NCBI GenBank assembly: GCA_965649825.1
Contig: OZ287701.1
Location: 1,291,101-1,355,100 of the forward strand
Direction: 5' to 3'
Length of the DNA: 64,000 bases
Source: Penicillus capitatus
Lineage: Eukaryota > Plantae > Chlorophyta
This document shows, in pieces, positions 1 to 12,977 of this stretch (positions within the stretch are counted from its first letter, which is position 1; every line of letters starts with the position of its first letter). A program made the position numbers and the translations under genes. A model generated the notes under the pieces. It did no database searches. It had not been told where the DNA came from and was given only the letters and a program-made list of their open reading frames with translations.

Positions 1-398
1 ACACTATCATCGACCGCAATTTCGTATCCGCTGCAAAAAGAAACGATCTCTTCGAGGACTCCGTTTTGTACATTGGCCCAATCGTCTCGGTCCGGCACCG
101 TCGTCGTCAGACATTGCATCATGACTTCACCAATCACCGCAGCAGCACATGTGTCGGTACAAAGAGCGAAGATCTGTCCATAGTCGGATGCTCCAGTCGT
201 ACATCTGGCTCCGCCGCAGTACTGATCGTAAACCTTTTGGACGCAAGGGATATCGCAGAAATTCAAACTGCTTTCCTCCAACTGAGCGGAAATTAGAACT
301 CTGTTACTGCTGCTGCTGCTGCTGCTGCTGAGAACGACGGCGCATAGGAATAGTAAGGTTGGTAGACGGCGCAACTTGCCATTTTTGGCATCCATCAT
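1..398 (-). CDS. Secreted Cys-rich protein (8-Cys domain paralog 1), runs off the left edge
   Basis: Hand translation from ATG 398 is open to position 1 (absent from the ORF track because there is no stop): MMDAKNGKLRRLPTLLFLCAVVLSSSSSSSNRVLISAQLEESSLNFCDIPCVQKVYDQYCGGARCTTGASDYGQIFALCTDTCAAAVIGEVMMQCL...IVSFCSG. Signal-peptide-like N-terminus; Cys spacing matches the neighbouring gene. Confidence 0.75.
   Translation of the reverse strand, partial: MMDAKNGKLRRLPTLLFLCAVVLSSSSSSSSNRVLISAQLEESSLNFCDIPCVQKVYDQYCGGARCTTGASDYGQIFALCTDTCAAAVIGEVMMQCLTTTVPDRDDWANVQNGVLEEIVSFCSGYEIAVDDS
307..330 (+). repeat. (CTG)8 microsatellite encoding poly-Ser on the minus strand
   Basis: Directly visible; lies just after the hydrophobic core of the signal peptide of the 1..398 gene. 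Confidence 0.95.
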
Positions 399-1514
399 AC
401 GTCAACTGGTTGTCTACAAACGCACGACCGTCTACAGTCAAGGAAAAGTGAAAAGACGGCGAGGACTGGCAGGTAAACGTGACAAAAGGAGGAGAAAAAC
501 GCTTAAGCGGCCGCAGGTGTGCCGTTTTCTAAATAAAGAGCACTTACCGTTGCGTTAAACAACTCGTGGTGTCACGTGGCGTTTGAAAACGGTAAACGCT
601 GTGGTTGACGTCAGGGAGGAAGGGAAACGCGATAAGGTCACGGTGATGAGCTTTACCTGGACACTTGTCTTTGGAATGGTTCGTATCGAACAGTCGAGGA
701 GGTGAAGATTGCGTGGCACAAAAAAATCAGAAGAGTCAGCGGCGACTGGATGTAAAACGCGGGATAGCGCGGCAGATAGGGAAGGAATGGTAAATGTTGC
801 CGACGGTTATGAACCACGTGTCTATGTAAAGGGATGGGGAGGAGAGAAGATTTCCAAGAGAAGAGATTTTTCAGTTAAACGATGTGGATACGGATTCGGA
901 ACACATCTCTTATTTCACGTCTTGATTTTGCACTTTCATCTCCACTTTATTAGAGATGTCAGCTTTGGAGGAGACCCCATAGAAGGGCGGAGGTCACAGA
1001 ATTCACGTCTTTAAAGCCCATGCGCACGAGCATGCTTCGAACAGGAACACAGCAGAATTCACAACTGTCAAGGACATCGAGACCAAACGATACACGCAGT
1101 GATCACGAAGGGTCTCACATCTAAGAGAATTGAAACATGTCGCCACATTAGGCACAGCATAGGCAACTTGTTGTTTGGACGTTGAGTAAAAGCGAGCCCC
1201 CAATCATCTCTTCCCTATCAAACAAAGACAAGGAAAGATGTGTCTTAAGGAGAAAAGCTGTCAATAGCAGTGAGTGGGAGAGAACAAGACGAGGGATGAC
1301 TTGAGAATTGAAAACTGACGGCTGGGGACATTGCCGATAGCTTTCCATCGGATTTTCTAGAACGTATAGACATCGGATACAGTGCAACGTCTGATATCAA
1401 ATAGGAATTCTGGCTAGAGATATAAACAAGGTACCCGCCGATCAAGTGATACAGTCAGCCATGACCCGCTCGCCACAAGTTGCTCTTCCGAGTCAGAAGT
1501 GATAAGGCATTTGT

Positions 1515-3066
1515 TTAGGTACTGTCGTCATCATCATAGTCAAAGGCAGTAAGGAACCCATCATCAGGAATGTCGTCTTCGGGGAAGTCTTCATCGAAGA
1601 TGGATACAATGTCGGCATCCAAATCTTCATCCATGTCATTGACATCCAACGCGATCGCGCACCCGGATGCCTAGAAGGGCACAGGTCGTGATAACGGCGA
1701 TAGACAAAGTGACGCTCTTACTTCAGCTTCGGCTTCAGGAGCGTATGCTGGACTCTCTACTGGTGATTCGTATGGGGATTCGTACGGTTCTGGAATGGGA
1801 GCGTATTCTGGTTCTTCGATCGGTTCTTCGATCGGCTCCGCGATGGGTTCTTCACTTGGTTCTTCGATCGGTTCGCTCTCTGGTTCTTCGATCGGTTCGC
1901 TCTCCGGTTCCTCAGTGGGCTCCACTTCTGGTTCCTCTGTTGGTTCCACTTCTGGGCTCTCTTCTGGTTCGGTATCTGGCTCTTCTGTGGGCACAGTGTC
2001 TGGCTCTTCCACGGGCTCGGTGTCGGGCTCTGTAACGGGTTCTACAGAGGGTTCCTCCACAGGTTCCGTTTCCGGCTGCGTCTCCGGTTCCTCCTTTGGC
2101 TCTGCCACAGGTTCTTCTGTTGGCTCCATAACGGGTTCCGCCACAGGCTCTTCCGTTGGCGTAGGTGTGGGTTCCGCCACAGGCTCCACCGTTGGCGTAG
2201 GTGTGGGTTCTGCCACAGGCTCCACCGTCGGCACCGGTGTGGGTTCTGCCACAGGCTCCACCGTTGGCTCCGGTGTAGGAACAGCTGTGGGGGTCTCAGT
2301 AGGTGCAGGATCTGAAAACAAACTCCATCAAGGCAAGGGCATCAATGACAGCGTGACAGTACCTGGAGAACTGGCACTGGGTGCAACAGATGGACTGTCC
2401 ACCGGAGGTGTTACTGGTTCTTCTTCGTTTGTTGGAGGACTAACAGGAGTTTCGGCTGGGCCATCCACAGGCACTTCTGCACTTGGTGTCGGGGTCTCTT
2501 TTGGTTCATCCGCTTGTGGCGCCTCCGAAGGCTCAACCTAACGTCACATCATCCACCCATGAGCAAAAAAACGCACATGCGATCGCAACCGACTTTGAAG
2601 GGATCTCCCATCGCGCAAAAACTCTGAACAGTGAGTACGAAATTGTTTTGAACCTAAGAATCACACAACGATCATTTAAGCGCCCTTCAAAAAAGCGTCG
2701 CCTACATCCGTGGATCCCCCAATGGATGACAAACAATCTAGAACCACAGAATAGCATGATGCCTTTCTGATGGAGAATTCGATGGCTCACCTAACATACC
2801 GCCGCCAGAGATTGCCGAAATGCATGCTGGTCCACACAGGGAGTTGAACTAAAGGAGCAAAAAGATGTGTGTCCCCCTGAATGCGTGATGCTGATGATGA
2901 TGACCTGTTCCGAACTGCTGACTCCAGTGATGCAAGAGGACTGACCACAGTTGTTTTGATAGATGCCTCGTACGCAATCGCTTGCGCAAGCGTTTTGTGC
3001 TTGGATGCCGGGAACCAGTAAAGAGCAAAGGAAAGCAAGCAATAGGCCAACCGTCGGCTGACACAT
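1515..3066 (-). CDS. Secreted 8-Cys domain protein with Pro/Glu/Thr-rich mucin-like stalk and acidic tail (multi-exon; 3' end uncertain)
   Basis: MCQPTVGLLLAFLCSLLVPGIQA signal peptide, then CASDCVRGIYQNNCGQSSC. GT-AG introns (e.g. 2904-2849) splice to FNSLCGPACISAISGGGML/DCLSSIGGSTD/VQNNFVLTVQSFC, then the EP/TP-rich ORF 1671..2321 and an acidic last exon ending TAA at 1515-1517. Confidence 0.7.
1760..2300 (-). repeat. Low-complexity coding repeats (EPVAEPTPTPTV, EEPESEPI, EEPEVEPT units)
   Basis: Imperfect tandem repeats in ORF 1671..2321. Confidence 0.85.
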
Positions 3067-4207
3067 GATTTTCATTGACTTCATTTCCTCTGAATAATCA
3101 CGACTTCTTATATCAAGGGTTTCAAATCTACAGCCAAGAAAACGCATACTGTGCGTCTGTGCGATGTCAACGAGGCGCAGAAAGAAAACGTCAAAGAGAT
3201 GGCACAACATGAACGCCAAAGATTTCGCATCAGAACGCAAAGCAGGCATGGGAAAGCGCTTTAAACCTACTGCCTCGTATATAAATAACGTCCAGCCCAT
3301 CGCCCGTGCCTTCACGGTCTCTCGCCGCTAGGCGATATGATGCCACGCATGAGACTGTTGGCAAGGCGACGTGGCTTTTCGCAGAACGGACGCGCAAATT
3401 GGTCGTCGTTTGCGTCGACGTGGTCAAGGCGCCGTGCTTACCGCAGTGCGTTGTGCTTTCCGTCGGGGGTATTTCTAAGTAGACGTTGTCGATTGGATTT
3501 CAGAAAGCGCGTCCGCGTTGCGTGACAGCCTGAAAATGCTTGGGCGGAAGGGCTCTGAACGTTTGGCTTTCCAAATCGACCAAATCAGACGGAAGTTAAG
3601 GCGCTCTTATCCAGGACCAGTAAAAAGCACGAATTCCTATGCTGAACGCCTAACCGTCACATAGAAGAGATACGAATTGTGCAGTTCCCAGGGAAATTCC
3701 TTCAGACCCATGCGCTCTTCACTATCCCCTAACCGTCAGGTTTCTCCACCTGAGCGTGCTCCCCTCTTAAAGCGGCAGCACCCTTCGTTGTGCTTCCCAT
3801 GCGTAGCGTTCTGTCCATGCGCGTATGAGAGAAGCGAGTTCGTATAGAGACAACGGTGCTTTGTCTATAATTGCCTAGATGCTTTTAGGTATCGCCGTCA
3901 CTTCGTCACTTGTTGTCTAGACACAAGGTACTGCCGAGGTCGACAGCGAAGGGCAGTGCCGGTCGCATCACCCATCCGTGTCACCCACACCCAACTGCGC
4001 GTCGGCGTCGTGAACTGCCAACTTCATCTCGTGTGTGCTCTTTGCGACGTTCCCGTTCCGTTGCTCGCTCCCGGAGTCTTTTCGCAGCGTGCTCTGTTTT
4101 TCTGGCTCTCCTTTTTTTCTCTGCCGTGCCGTTAGCGCGTTCTCGTAGCAGTTTGGCCTCCACACTGTAGGGCCTCTCTGAAAAACAGTTGCGGCGGCAG
4201 CACTCGA

Positions 4208-6770
4208 ATGTATAGCGGTGGTGACCTTGCCAAGCTGTTAAAAGAGAAGCCATCAACGTCACATCGGCATCCGCAGCGTTCTCCAGTCGAGGAAGGAGGG
4301 AAGAAGCTATCGTACTCCCCCTGTTTGGCGGCACATCTGACGCTGCTGAATAATCTTGCCCAGCATGATCTAAATTTTCAAAACCTGCTGGTCCTGCACA
4401 ACCTCGTCAATCTCGTTCTGGATTTCGGAGAAAACAAAAGACAGCCCTATCATCGACTGCCTTCGTGGGATCGCCGAAGGAACTGTTTAGCTGAACTGGT
4501 CTGCAGCTTTGGAAAACAAGAAAAACCGGGAGGTCAGTCACATCACATGCCTATCTCCCAAGTGCGTCTAACGCTGCGTCTGTAGATCAAGGGCAATCCG
4601 CAACGCAGCAACGGTCAATGTCCGATAAAAATAACCAAACGGCAGCAAAGGGATCTTTGCCTGAGGTCGTTATGGGATATCCTGCCACAGAATACGGAGA
4701 AACGGTGTCGCCAGATCGGACGTTAAATGTCTATAGTCAGAATAGTCTTTCATGGGATGCCGCTGTCTGCGGTCAAGAGCTTCACGAACAGCCGCCAGTT
4801 CAATACATTCACGGAGATTGGATGCATACGCAGTGGTACCCATGGGGTACAGGGGGTTCTATGACTGTCGCAGATCCCATGTCCAACGCGCTCTACCATC
4901 AGCTACTCCTGAAAGAGGAAGCCGATTCCACAGGCAGCGAGTTTATAGAGAGTAGACAACAGCAAGGTAATGTGTGCGTGGATGGACTGATGGTTGATAT
5001 CGTATGCCGATGGATAGCAGAGATGCAAAGGGAGAGAGAAGAGCAATCGACACATGGCACAGCGCTGCAGAAATGTCGTTCATGGTCCGAAGCAGCGCAT
5101 CCGTCTTCCTACGAAGGTATGTCCGTCTCGCAGAGCAGCAGTACGACTGAGATGTGTACAGGCACGATGACGGTCCAGGAAGAGCATACGCATTCGCCTC
5201 TTGTACCTGGTTGTCCCTTGACCACTCCTGTCCACGTCACATCAGAAAGGGCGATCTGTTTTGCAGGTGCCGATGCAATGCCGGTCCCTTTCAGACTCGA
5301 TCAGGAGATTCCATTAGATCAGTAAGAGCGCCGCCGCCATCTTGCAGTGACAAAAAAGTGTGAGGGTCACTCTTTGTGCAGGAAGAGTGATTTAGAACGG
5401 TTCCTAGAAGCAGCAACGCCCTCTTTTTCTTCAGCCTTCCTGAGTCATCACGTTTCAGATTCATGCAGTGACCTTACCATGGCACGCCGCCACCCACCAT
5501 CCACTCCATATCGCATCTCGATGCCTCTAGGGCGATATCTGGGAGTTTTATGAGATTCCCTGCGTGTATGGCCTCCAAGTTCCTTTTTTGAGAGGTATGC
5601 CCTCAGCGCACCATCGTTTCTGAGCCCATTGCGTAATGTACAGGGGGAAAAGGTGTATCCTTTGCACATTTTGTACCGTCTTTATCTGCTATTCGTCTTT
5701 TCACACCTGTCATAAATGAAGATGGCCCTGCAGAGGGAGATATATATAAATGTGACGTGCCGCAGTATCCTCCATCCATGCGACTCGCTTTCGAATTTTT
5801 TGAAACGGTCAGGCTCCCGTATGCCCGATGACATTTGCAGATACCTCTGTCTCTAGCTGAAGCCGCATCTACGTGCACCGCTGATCGATGAGGTCAGGAA
5901 TCTTGCAACAGCGGTAAGCACACAGCACCTGATGCAGGGGGCGTCATGTATTGGGTGGGCTCTAGGGGGTAGCCGGAAAACTTTTGCCGAATCTGTCCTT
6001 GTCAAATATTCATCCCTCATCCTGGTATGTGTCATGACTCGTGTTGCGTCTGTCGAGAGTGTGTGGATGGATATACTCTTTTAGGTTTTCTGTAGCGTGG
6101 TACCCTGTCTATTGCATTCCCGAAGGAAAACTGCGGACTTCTTTCTTGACCTATCATTCCGTGGGACCAATGCATCAAGTCTCGAACCGCACGATTGGCG
6201 AAGTCCAGCAGCTCCAGGCGCATCTGATCGGAATCAAGTTTATGGCTTTGAGTCCTGATGCATGGAATCGGCCACAGACGAAGCCATCAGACAACAATGG
6301 GTATGTCATTGCTTTACTTGACAGCGCTCTGTTCCGCACATCGTTGCCGTGTCCCTAGTCCGGCAACCGACGCAACATCCTCAGAGAATCACGAAACGTT
6401 TTCAAGAAATAAACAAGAGCCGCCGCCGCCGCCACTGCTCAGATCTATCACTGTTGCCAAGAGTGAGACGCAGACGCACGTTTTCCCAAACTCAGTCGTG
6501 CAATGCTGGTGCGCGGCAGAGAATAATGACAACAGGGAGGTGCTCGAGCGCATGTCCGGTGAGAGGCCAAGAGACTTGGAAGACAAGATCGGACTCCTGC
6601 AATCCAATGCCGAGCGCCTATCCCGAGCAAAGTACCCCCGACGCCTCTCCTCCACGCATCTCCATCTCTCTCTTGTCAGCTATCGATTGTGGGCCCCAAG
6701 GAGTGGCGGCGCATTGGATTGGCATAAGTGCTACCACCAGGACTTTGAGTTTTTCCATCTACGTAGTTGA
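4208..6770 (+). CDS. DUF789 family protein, multi-exon
   Basis: Exons give SDLERFLEAATPS, GDIWEFYEIPCVYG, FVPSLSAIRLF, FEFFET/LKPHLRAPLIDEV, FSVAWYPVYCIP..SFLTYHS and C-terminal HQDFEFF, the conserved blocks of plant DUF789 proteins. Start codon uncertain. Confidence 0.8.
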
Positions 6771-7018
6771 GGTCGCTGTCGCTGTCGCTGTCGCTGTCGG
6801 TGCCGAGGCAAGAGATGATGGTGCGCATCAATCAGCACAGGGCAACATGATTTGATACGAAACACGCTGTTATTGTGGCCGTCGCGTTTTTGTTTTCTTT
6901 CTTCCACAGGCATTGGACTTCGATGATGCCCGTCTAAAAAGGCCCAAGCCTGTCTGTTTTCTCACCTCTCCTCCTCAACTGACCTATTAAATGACCGACG
7001 GATACTTAGTCCATTTTG

Positions 7019-7996
7019 TTAGTTCCATGTCTTGCTGTTTCTTGGGTTGAATGCACTGTGTACATTGCATGGCATGTCTCCTTTTTGGTCGCTCAAAATA
7101 AGCACTTCATCTTGACGATAGAAATAGTTATCCGTTCTTTGTGGTATTCCCTCAAGGTAGTTCAGGTCAATGACAGGCAGGCAGTGGCATCTGGAGTGAG
7201 AAATTGATTACTGTATAGTTTACATATTCAGTACGACGATATGTGTGTAAAGCGTTGCCAACACAGGATGCCAACAGTTCCGTTTTCAACGTTTCTGCTC
7301 ACTCAAATGACAAAAGACACAACGATGACACGTCCTCGAATATCAACCCGTCTAACATCCCTTCAAATAGGACGGAGTGGGGGCCATGTAAAGATACGCT
7401 GGCAGAACAGAAAAGTTAAAAAGATTCGGATGGTATTGTTTCCGACCGAGAACCGCGAACGATAGAGAAGCGAACAGAAAATGCGGAATTGACTAGAAAT
7501 CGTGCATCAAGGGCAATCACTTGATCCGTGCGTCCATATGGCCTTCATCATAGACAACGGCACGGATGACAGTCATTGGCACAGGATCGCGATGTCACAG
7601 AAGGGGATCAAAGGGATCAGCGCGCATTCCAGAATGCATGTGAATACCCTGCTGCGATCTTTATCCTCTGAGGCGTTGTCCACTCCCACTGAAGCAGGAG
7701 ACGTCGGCGAACGATCTAGACTGTGCAGCTTTGTTGAGTCGTCAGTCGTCAGACGGCGATGCGTTCATTGCTTTGCTTCCAGTCTTCATAAACGGATGGA
7801 CAGGAAGCGACGTACTGGAATCGGTTTTCATCGGTACTGCACGTCTATCTACAAAATCGTCCGTGTGGAACGGGCGCTGTCATCCGTGACCTTCTCTTTG
7901 TGTCGAATCAGCAATCAGGGGGCTACGGATGTTCATTACCTGACGTTTGGCGGCGATATGATGTGACGGCGAGATATCTGTCGTGTCACCCGTCAT
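7019..7996 (-). CDS. Probable spliced hypothetical protein
   Basis: Protein-like segments separated by short GT..AG introns: DENRFQYVASCPSVYEDWKQSNERIA/IVRRRLLLQWEWTTPQRIKIAAG, VIRAVVYDEGHMDARIK, LPVIDLNYLEGIPQRTDNYFYRQDEVLIL. Exon joins not fully resolved. Confidence 0.35.
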
Positions 7997-8036
7997 CAAC
8001 AGACCTGTTCTCGAACGGCGTTCTGCGCCAGAATAG

Positions 8037-8831
8037 ATGAGCGGGTCACCACTGAGATCAAACGGCCCGGCCGACAACCACGCTCATAGCGACAATGGAT
8101 GGCCACCGCCATTCTACGCACCGCCGCCGTATGCGGGCGGCATCCCGCCTTCTGGCGCTCCCGACCCTCACTGGCCGACCTGGTACCCCGAGTGGCTTAC
8201 AGCACCACTGGTCTTTTCGCGCCCTGTCGACGATTGGAAGCGCGACCCGACGCAGCATCCTCACTGGCATTGCGAATGGGGCGTCGTCGCGCCGCATCCC
8301 TCAGAAGTCTTTGACCAGGACATCTCTCGAGAAAGAGCCATTCAACGGGTTCCATCTACCCCGGCATTTTCGCTTGAGCCTCTCGAGGTTTGTGTGTGCG
8401 TTGCTCAGGTCGACGCCGAGGAATACGTTCGACGCGAGCGCAATACGCATTGCTGCCAGCGACGCACTGTTGAACATCCCGTGTACATTCTAACAGATTT
8501 TCCCACCAAAGACAAGCTCAAGATCGATCCAGAAAATCTCTGGAATCCCCATCGCCTTGCCGCCCCAGTCAAGCGATCTTTGGGCGACGAGATCAAAGAA
8601 ACAATGCACCGCTTTCCCGAAAAAATCAAGAATGATGAAGAGAAGATCGACGAAGGCAGTCCATCGGCATCATTCAGTTTTTTGCAACGGCCGTCAAATG
8701 CGGAAGATTATCTTCACGCAACGCAGCCCTTCGTCTCTCAGAGCATCCGAAGAAAGCAAGGTCGATCCACAAGTCAAGACGTCAGTTACCCTCCCTTGTC
8801 GACAGCACCTGGAGGCACGGGACAGAATTGA
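8037..8831 (+). CDS. Hypothetical protein, Pro/Trp-rich N-terminus
   Basis: 264-codon ATG-initiated ORF; possible in-frame 60-nt intron near 8350-8409; no family recognised. Confidence 0.4.
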   Translation: MSGSPLRSNGPADNHAHSDNGWPPPFYAPPPYAGGIPPSGAPDPHWPTWYPEWLTAPLVFSRPVDDWKRDPTQHPHWHCEWGVVAPHPSEVFDQDISRERAIQRVPSTPAFSLEPLEVCVCVAQVDAEEYVRRERNTHCCQRRTVEHPVYILTDFPTKDKLKIDPENLWNPHRLAAPVKRSLGDEIKETMHRFPEKIKNDEEKIDEGSPSASFSFLQRPSNAEDYLHATQPFVSQSIRRKQGRSTSQDVSYPPLSTAPGGTGQN

Positions 8832-10426
8832 TGTCGCACAGCAATCAATGACCACTGTATTGTTTACAACACTGACAACAGTCTTAGAATCACGCGACAA
8901 TGAAATGTCAGGACGAGCGCGATAACGAAAAAAAATCGACGAGTTTTCCGACAGAACCAGCCGCTCCCGAAACAGCACACCCTCAGCAAACAGCCTCCGC
9001 GACTTTGGTCTTATTGACGGTTCGTCTTGATAAGCAAAGACATTGATCCTTGACGACCAAGGGAGAAAAGGCACACTCTTATGCAGCTGTGATGATCTCA
9101 ACGTCGAGCAGAAACAATAAGGACGTCAGGAATTGATCGCACGACATCATGCGCTTTGCAAGAAAGAAAGAGGAAAACATAAATTCCGATCAGTAATCCA
9201 TCGGCATACGAGATGCCTCGTGTCTTATTCCTACTAAACAACGAAGATAATGGCCCCTTATCTCCGGTCCATCCGTGAAGGCCGGCATTTCGTTGTATAT
9301 TGTTGCTCCTACTGCTATTGTCTGCCACTCTTATTGTCGCATACACGACGGTCTGGGCGTTTTGGCATAACGTTCACTGACGTTTTTGATAAATCTCCAC
9401 GTCTACACACATTCCATACATTCCTTAAGGAATGATCATCATCGCAGGGGACAACGCACTCTCGTTCGGACGTCTTTCGCCTTTTGGAAGATTTTTTGTT
9501 TCCTTGTTTTCTTCGTCGATACGTGATGGACAACGGTATGGGCTTTCCAATACGCTTTCTGTGCAAAGACATTTCCTGCCATCGGTGCCTAGAGATGTCA
9601 CATCACACATGGTCACACTTTTAGTTGAAATGCCGCAGCGGATATACATCGTCTGAGACGAGTGGCCGGTCTTCTGAAATCCTCCTCAGTCCTACCGCAA
9701 ACGTCATGCGATTGGCGTCAATCGTTCTCAGGGCAGACGAGGTAATATTTTCTCGATTATCCACGCCTACATCCATCTTGTATCCCGCCCGCGCCATTCG
9801 ACACGGATGGGTATTCAGCAAACCGTGAAGGGACAATGTGTTGTGTGCTCTCGTCGTCGAAGCTGCCCTCGTACGTATCGCCTTCATTCTCTCTGTCTAG
9901 CGTTTGCGCTGTTTAGCGTAGCTGCGTTGCGTTGTCTTGGCCGAGGTCCGTGTGCGTTTGTGCAGACGACGTTCGTTCGGTTAAAAGCAGGAATCCGTCG
10001 TACGCCTGTCACGCGCCAGAGTCGATTCCGTATCGTATGCGTCGGCGTGTGTGTTCGTGCACCATTTCCCGTGCCATTCGACACCACCGTCCTTCAATTT
10101 GCAAAGCCTGTCGAGTCAACGTCGTTTCTTCCTGTTTATCTTTTCTAAGCGCCGTGTGGACCGTCATTCGCCTCGGAACCGAAAACGAGCGCAGCAAAGG
10201 GCGTCACGCAACGGAGAGTGGTTTCTGCCAAACGACTCAACGACCGATAACGATTCGAGTGGCTCGTTAAGCGAGTGCGTTCGTGCGGCTCCTTCGTTAC
10301 GAAGGAACGTCTTATGCCACAATCATTTAGCTCCCTACTGCGAACCTCCTCGATCTGTCGACCGAATTTCAAACATTTTAGACTGAGACGCACGTCCTTT
10401 TCCTCAGCAGGAGATCCGAAAAAGCA

Positions 10427-12801
10427 TTGCCCATGCCGTTCACACTGGCCAGTGTCCGCATACCCAATGGAGAACAGCCCATCTGCGGCGTCATGCTCGA
10501 ACCCTATATTCTCTTCAGAGATGAGAGCTCAAACGTGGTGACGGCGCTATCCGTTCCCAACGAGGGCGCGACCGTCCCATACGACGAGCCCGAGCCCCCT
10601 GTCGTTCTCAGAAGTCGGTGGTATCGGTATATCTCACACCTATCTCTTGGTAAAAAGAGTGAGATGGCGGCGCTGTTGTTGTAGACAGACAATGACGCCT
10701 GGAGCCTGTGTCTGCAGTATACATCCAGACAAGGACGCCACCATTCAGTGTATGCTGTGTATCAAGAATCGCGTTCCAGCCAATCTCAGCTATCACTGTT
10801 CGGGGGAATGTCTACGAGCACATTGGCCATTACATCGGAACTATCATGCCCGTTATCAAGCGCAAGCACAGTACATTTCGAACGGTGGTGCGATCCAGTC
10901 GCATCTTCTTTCCATCCCTTATTAGGGGAGATGAGATGCAGGGTATGAGAATGGATTTGGCGGCTACGGTTACGTGAATCCTGGTTTCGGACGGAGCAAT
11001 GATCTACCGAATTACGATGCACAGCAGCAGCAGACAGTGATGCCGGGATACGAATGGGTAGAGGTTGGATGCGATCGATGGTACGTCCCGACACTCGAAG
11101 ACGTGGGATGCGTTCTGAAGTTTGAGTGCTCACTCATTTACACAGCAAACAGCAAGAATGGGCCAGTCTATGCCAACGGAAGCTACGCCAACGGAAACGC
11201 CGCAACAGCAGGTACAGGACTGCCCTTGTCCAGAATTCAGCCCGAGTGCCTATCGATGTGTTGGTTGGTGACAGAGTATCCAAGTGCGACAGAGAACGCC
11301 CGGCACTATCACATGTCCAAGGAGACATCGAGAGTGAAGCCAGCACCCAATCCACCTGAAAGGGCAATGATTCCCCTGTGCACATCCCCACGGATTGGCC
11401 ACGAAGGCCGGTTTACGGTTTTGTCTTACAATCTACTTGCGGATCTGTACGCTTCGGTGAGGCGACTTCTGTACTCTTGGCTGCCTTGCTCATCTGTGTA
11501 CACTTAGCAAGGTGATTTCTACCATTCCTACTGCCCAGCATGGGCCATTTCATGGCATTATCGACGACAGAATCTTGTCCGAGAACTCATACGGTACAAT
11601 TGTGACATCCTGTGTCTTCAGGTCACACCATCTGTTGTTAGAAGGGGCATGAGATTTTGTGTGATGATCCTGATGATCTAGGAAGTACAGAGCAACCATT
11701 ACGAAGATTATCTGAGAGATGAAATGGCACGTCACGGCTATGGTGGCGTCTACAAGAAGAAAACCAATGATCTGTACATGGGCAAATGCTCTGCCATCGA
11801 TGGATGTGCAACTTTCTATCGACAGGATCGCTTTGAGCTGATAAAGAAATATGAAGTCGAGTTCAATAAAGCAGCAGTGACGACCGCCAATCAATTCAGG
11901 GAACCCACAAGGAACGTCGCCCTTCAGAGGTTATCCAAGGACAACGTCGCGATCATTGTCGTCCTGGAAAGCAAAGATGTGTTCGTCAACAACGAACGGC
12001 AACTCGTCTGCGTTGCGAACACGCACATTCACTCGGTTCCCGAAAACTCAGACGTCAAGATCTGGCAGGTGCATACATTACTGAAGGGACTAGAGAAGAT
12101 CGCCGCCAGGTAAAGACACTCTCACTCAAATTTCTCACTCTTTTGCTAACCGTCATCTACAGTACGAAGATTCCGATCATCGTGGCCGGCGATTTCAACA
12201 GCGAACCGGGAAGTGCTGCGCATGTCCTGATGGTTTCTCAACGCATTGACCAACGACATGCCGTACGTACCCCTCCCTGATCCTCCCAGGTATCCCGATG
12301 ACTCTGTTCTGTCGGTGTAGGAGACAGCCCACGATCCAGCTCAGTTTCTGCAGCATATGTTACCTGTGCAGCACAATCTACCGTTATCTAGTGCCTACTC
12401 TTCTGTACTGACAGCTCCAAACTCAAAAGACAATCCGTTACTGAATCAGCAAAAACTGAGGATGGACCCCAGGACGCGAGAGCCGTTATTCACAAACTAC
12501 ACGAAGACATACAAGGCAACGCCACTCTTCTCACACATTTGGTCACTCTTTGCTGCCGCAGGGAACGCTGGACTATATTTTTTACACTTCGAATTTACTG
12601 TTTCCGACTGCTGTACTGGAACTCCCGTCGGAAGAAGAAGCTGAAATAGGCAATGGTCGTCCATCCACATTCCTCACTCTTTTGTATCTCACTCTTTCTG
12701 TGGTCTATCTAGGAATTCCAAACGCTCGGTACTCGAGTGACCATATTTGTATCATGGCAGAGTTTCAGTTAAACTACTCGACTTACGATCCACGGTTATG
12801 A
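10427..12801 (+). CDS. CCR4: CCR4 mRNA deadenylase (EEP family), plant CCR4a/b type with N-terminal Cys/His module
   Basis: N-terminal LRSRWYR and CSIHPDKDATIQCMLC..SYHCSGECLRAHWPLH. EEP motifs SYNLLADLYA, ILCLQEVQ, NTHIHS, AGDFNS, GTLDYIFY, SSDHI. About 7 short introns. Confidence 0.95.
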
Positions 12802-12977
12802 AGATGACATATTGCTATGAATATTTCTCCGCTCCTCTTCCTTCAGACCTTTAGAGTTTTGTGCCACTGTTTGTTGTCTGATGGATACAGAAATTATGAA
12901 ATTCTGCAACAGCAGCAACAACAACGGCAACAACCATCTCCACCTTCTTAAGCTGTAAGAAAAAATTACACATTTAT

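Noticed and set aside
40-100. DWANVQNGVLEEIVSFC looked like an F-box start
   Set aside because: It aligns with the end of the 8-Cys domain of a signal-peptide protein.
293-382. Short minus-strand ORF MASCAVYQ..AAAAAAAVTEF
   Set aside because: Out-of-frame ATG inside the longer 1..398 coding frame.
1000-1500. Possible further exons or a small gene downstream of the stalk protein
   Set aside because: Several splice paths are possible; none gives a convincing product.
1795-2541. 248-aa Gly/Ser-rich plus-strand ORF
   Set aside because: Antisense shadow of the Pro/Glu/Thr repeats of the spliced minus-strand gene.
9060-10150. Possible minus-strand gene with transit-peptide-like start
   Set aside because: Intron-like signals are present, but I could not build a consistent frame or recognise a product.
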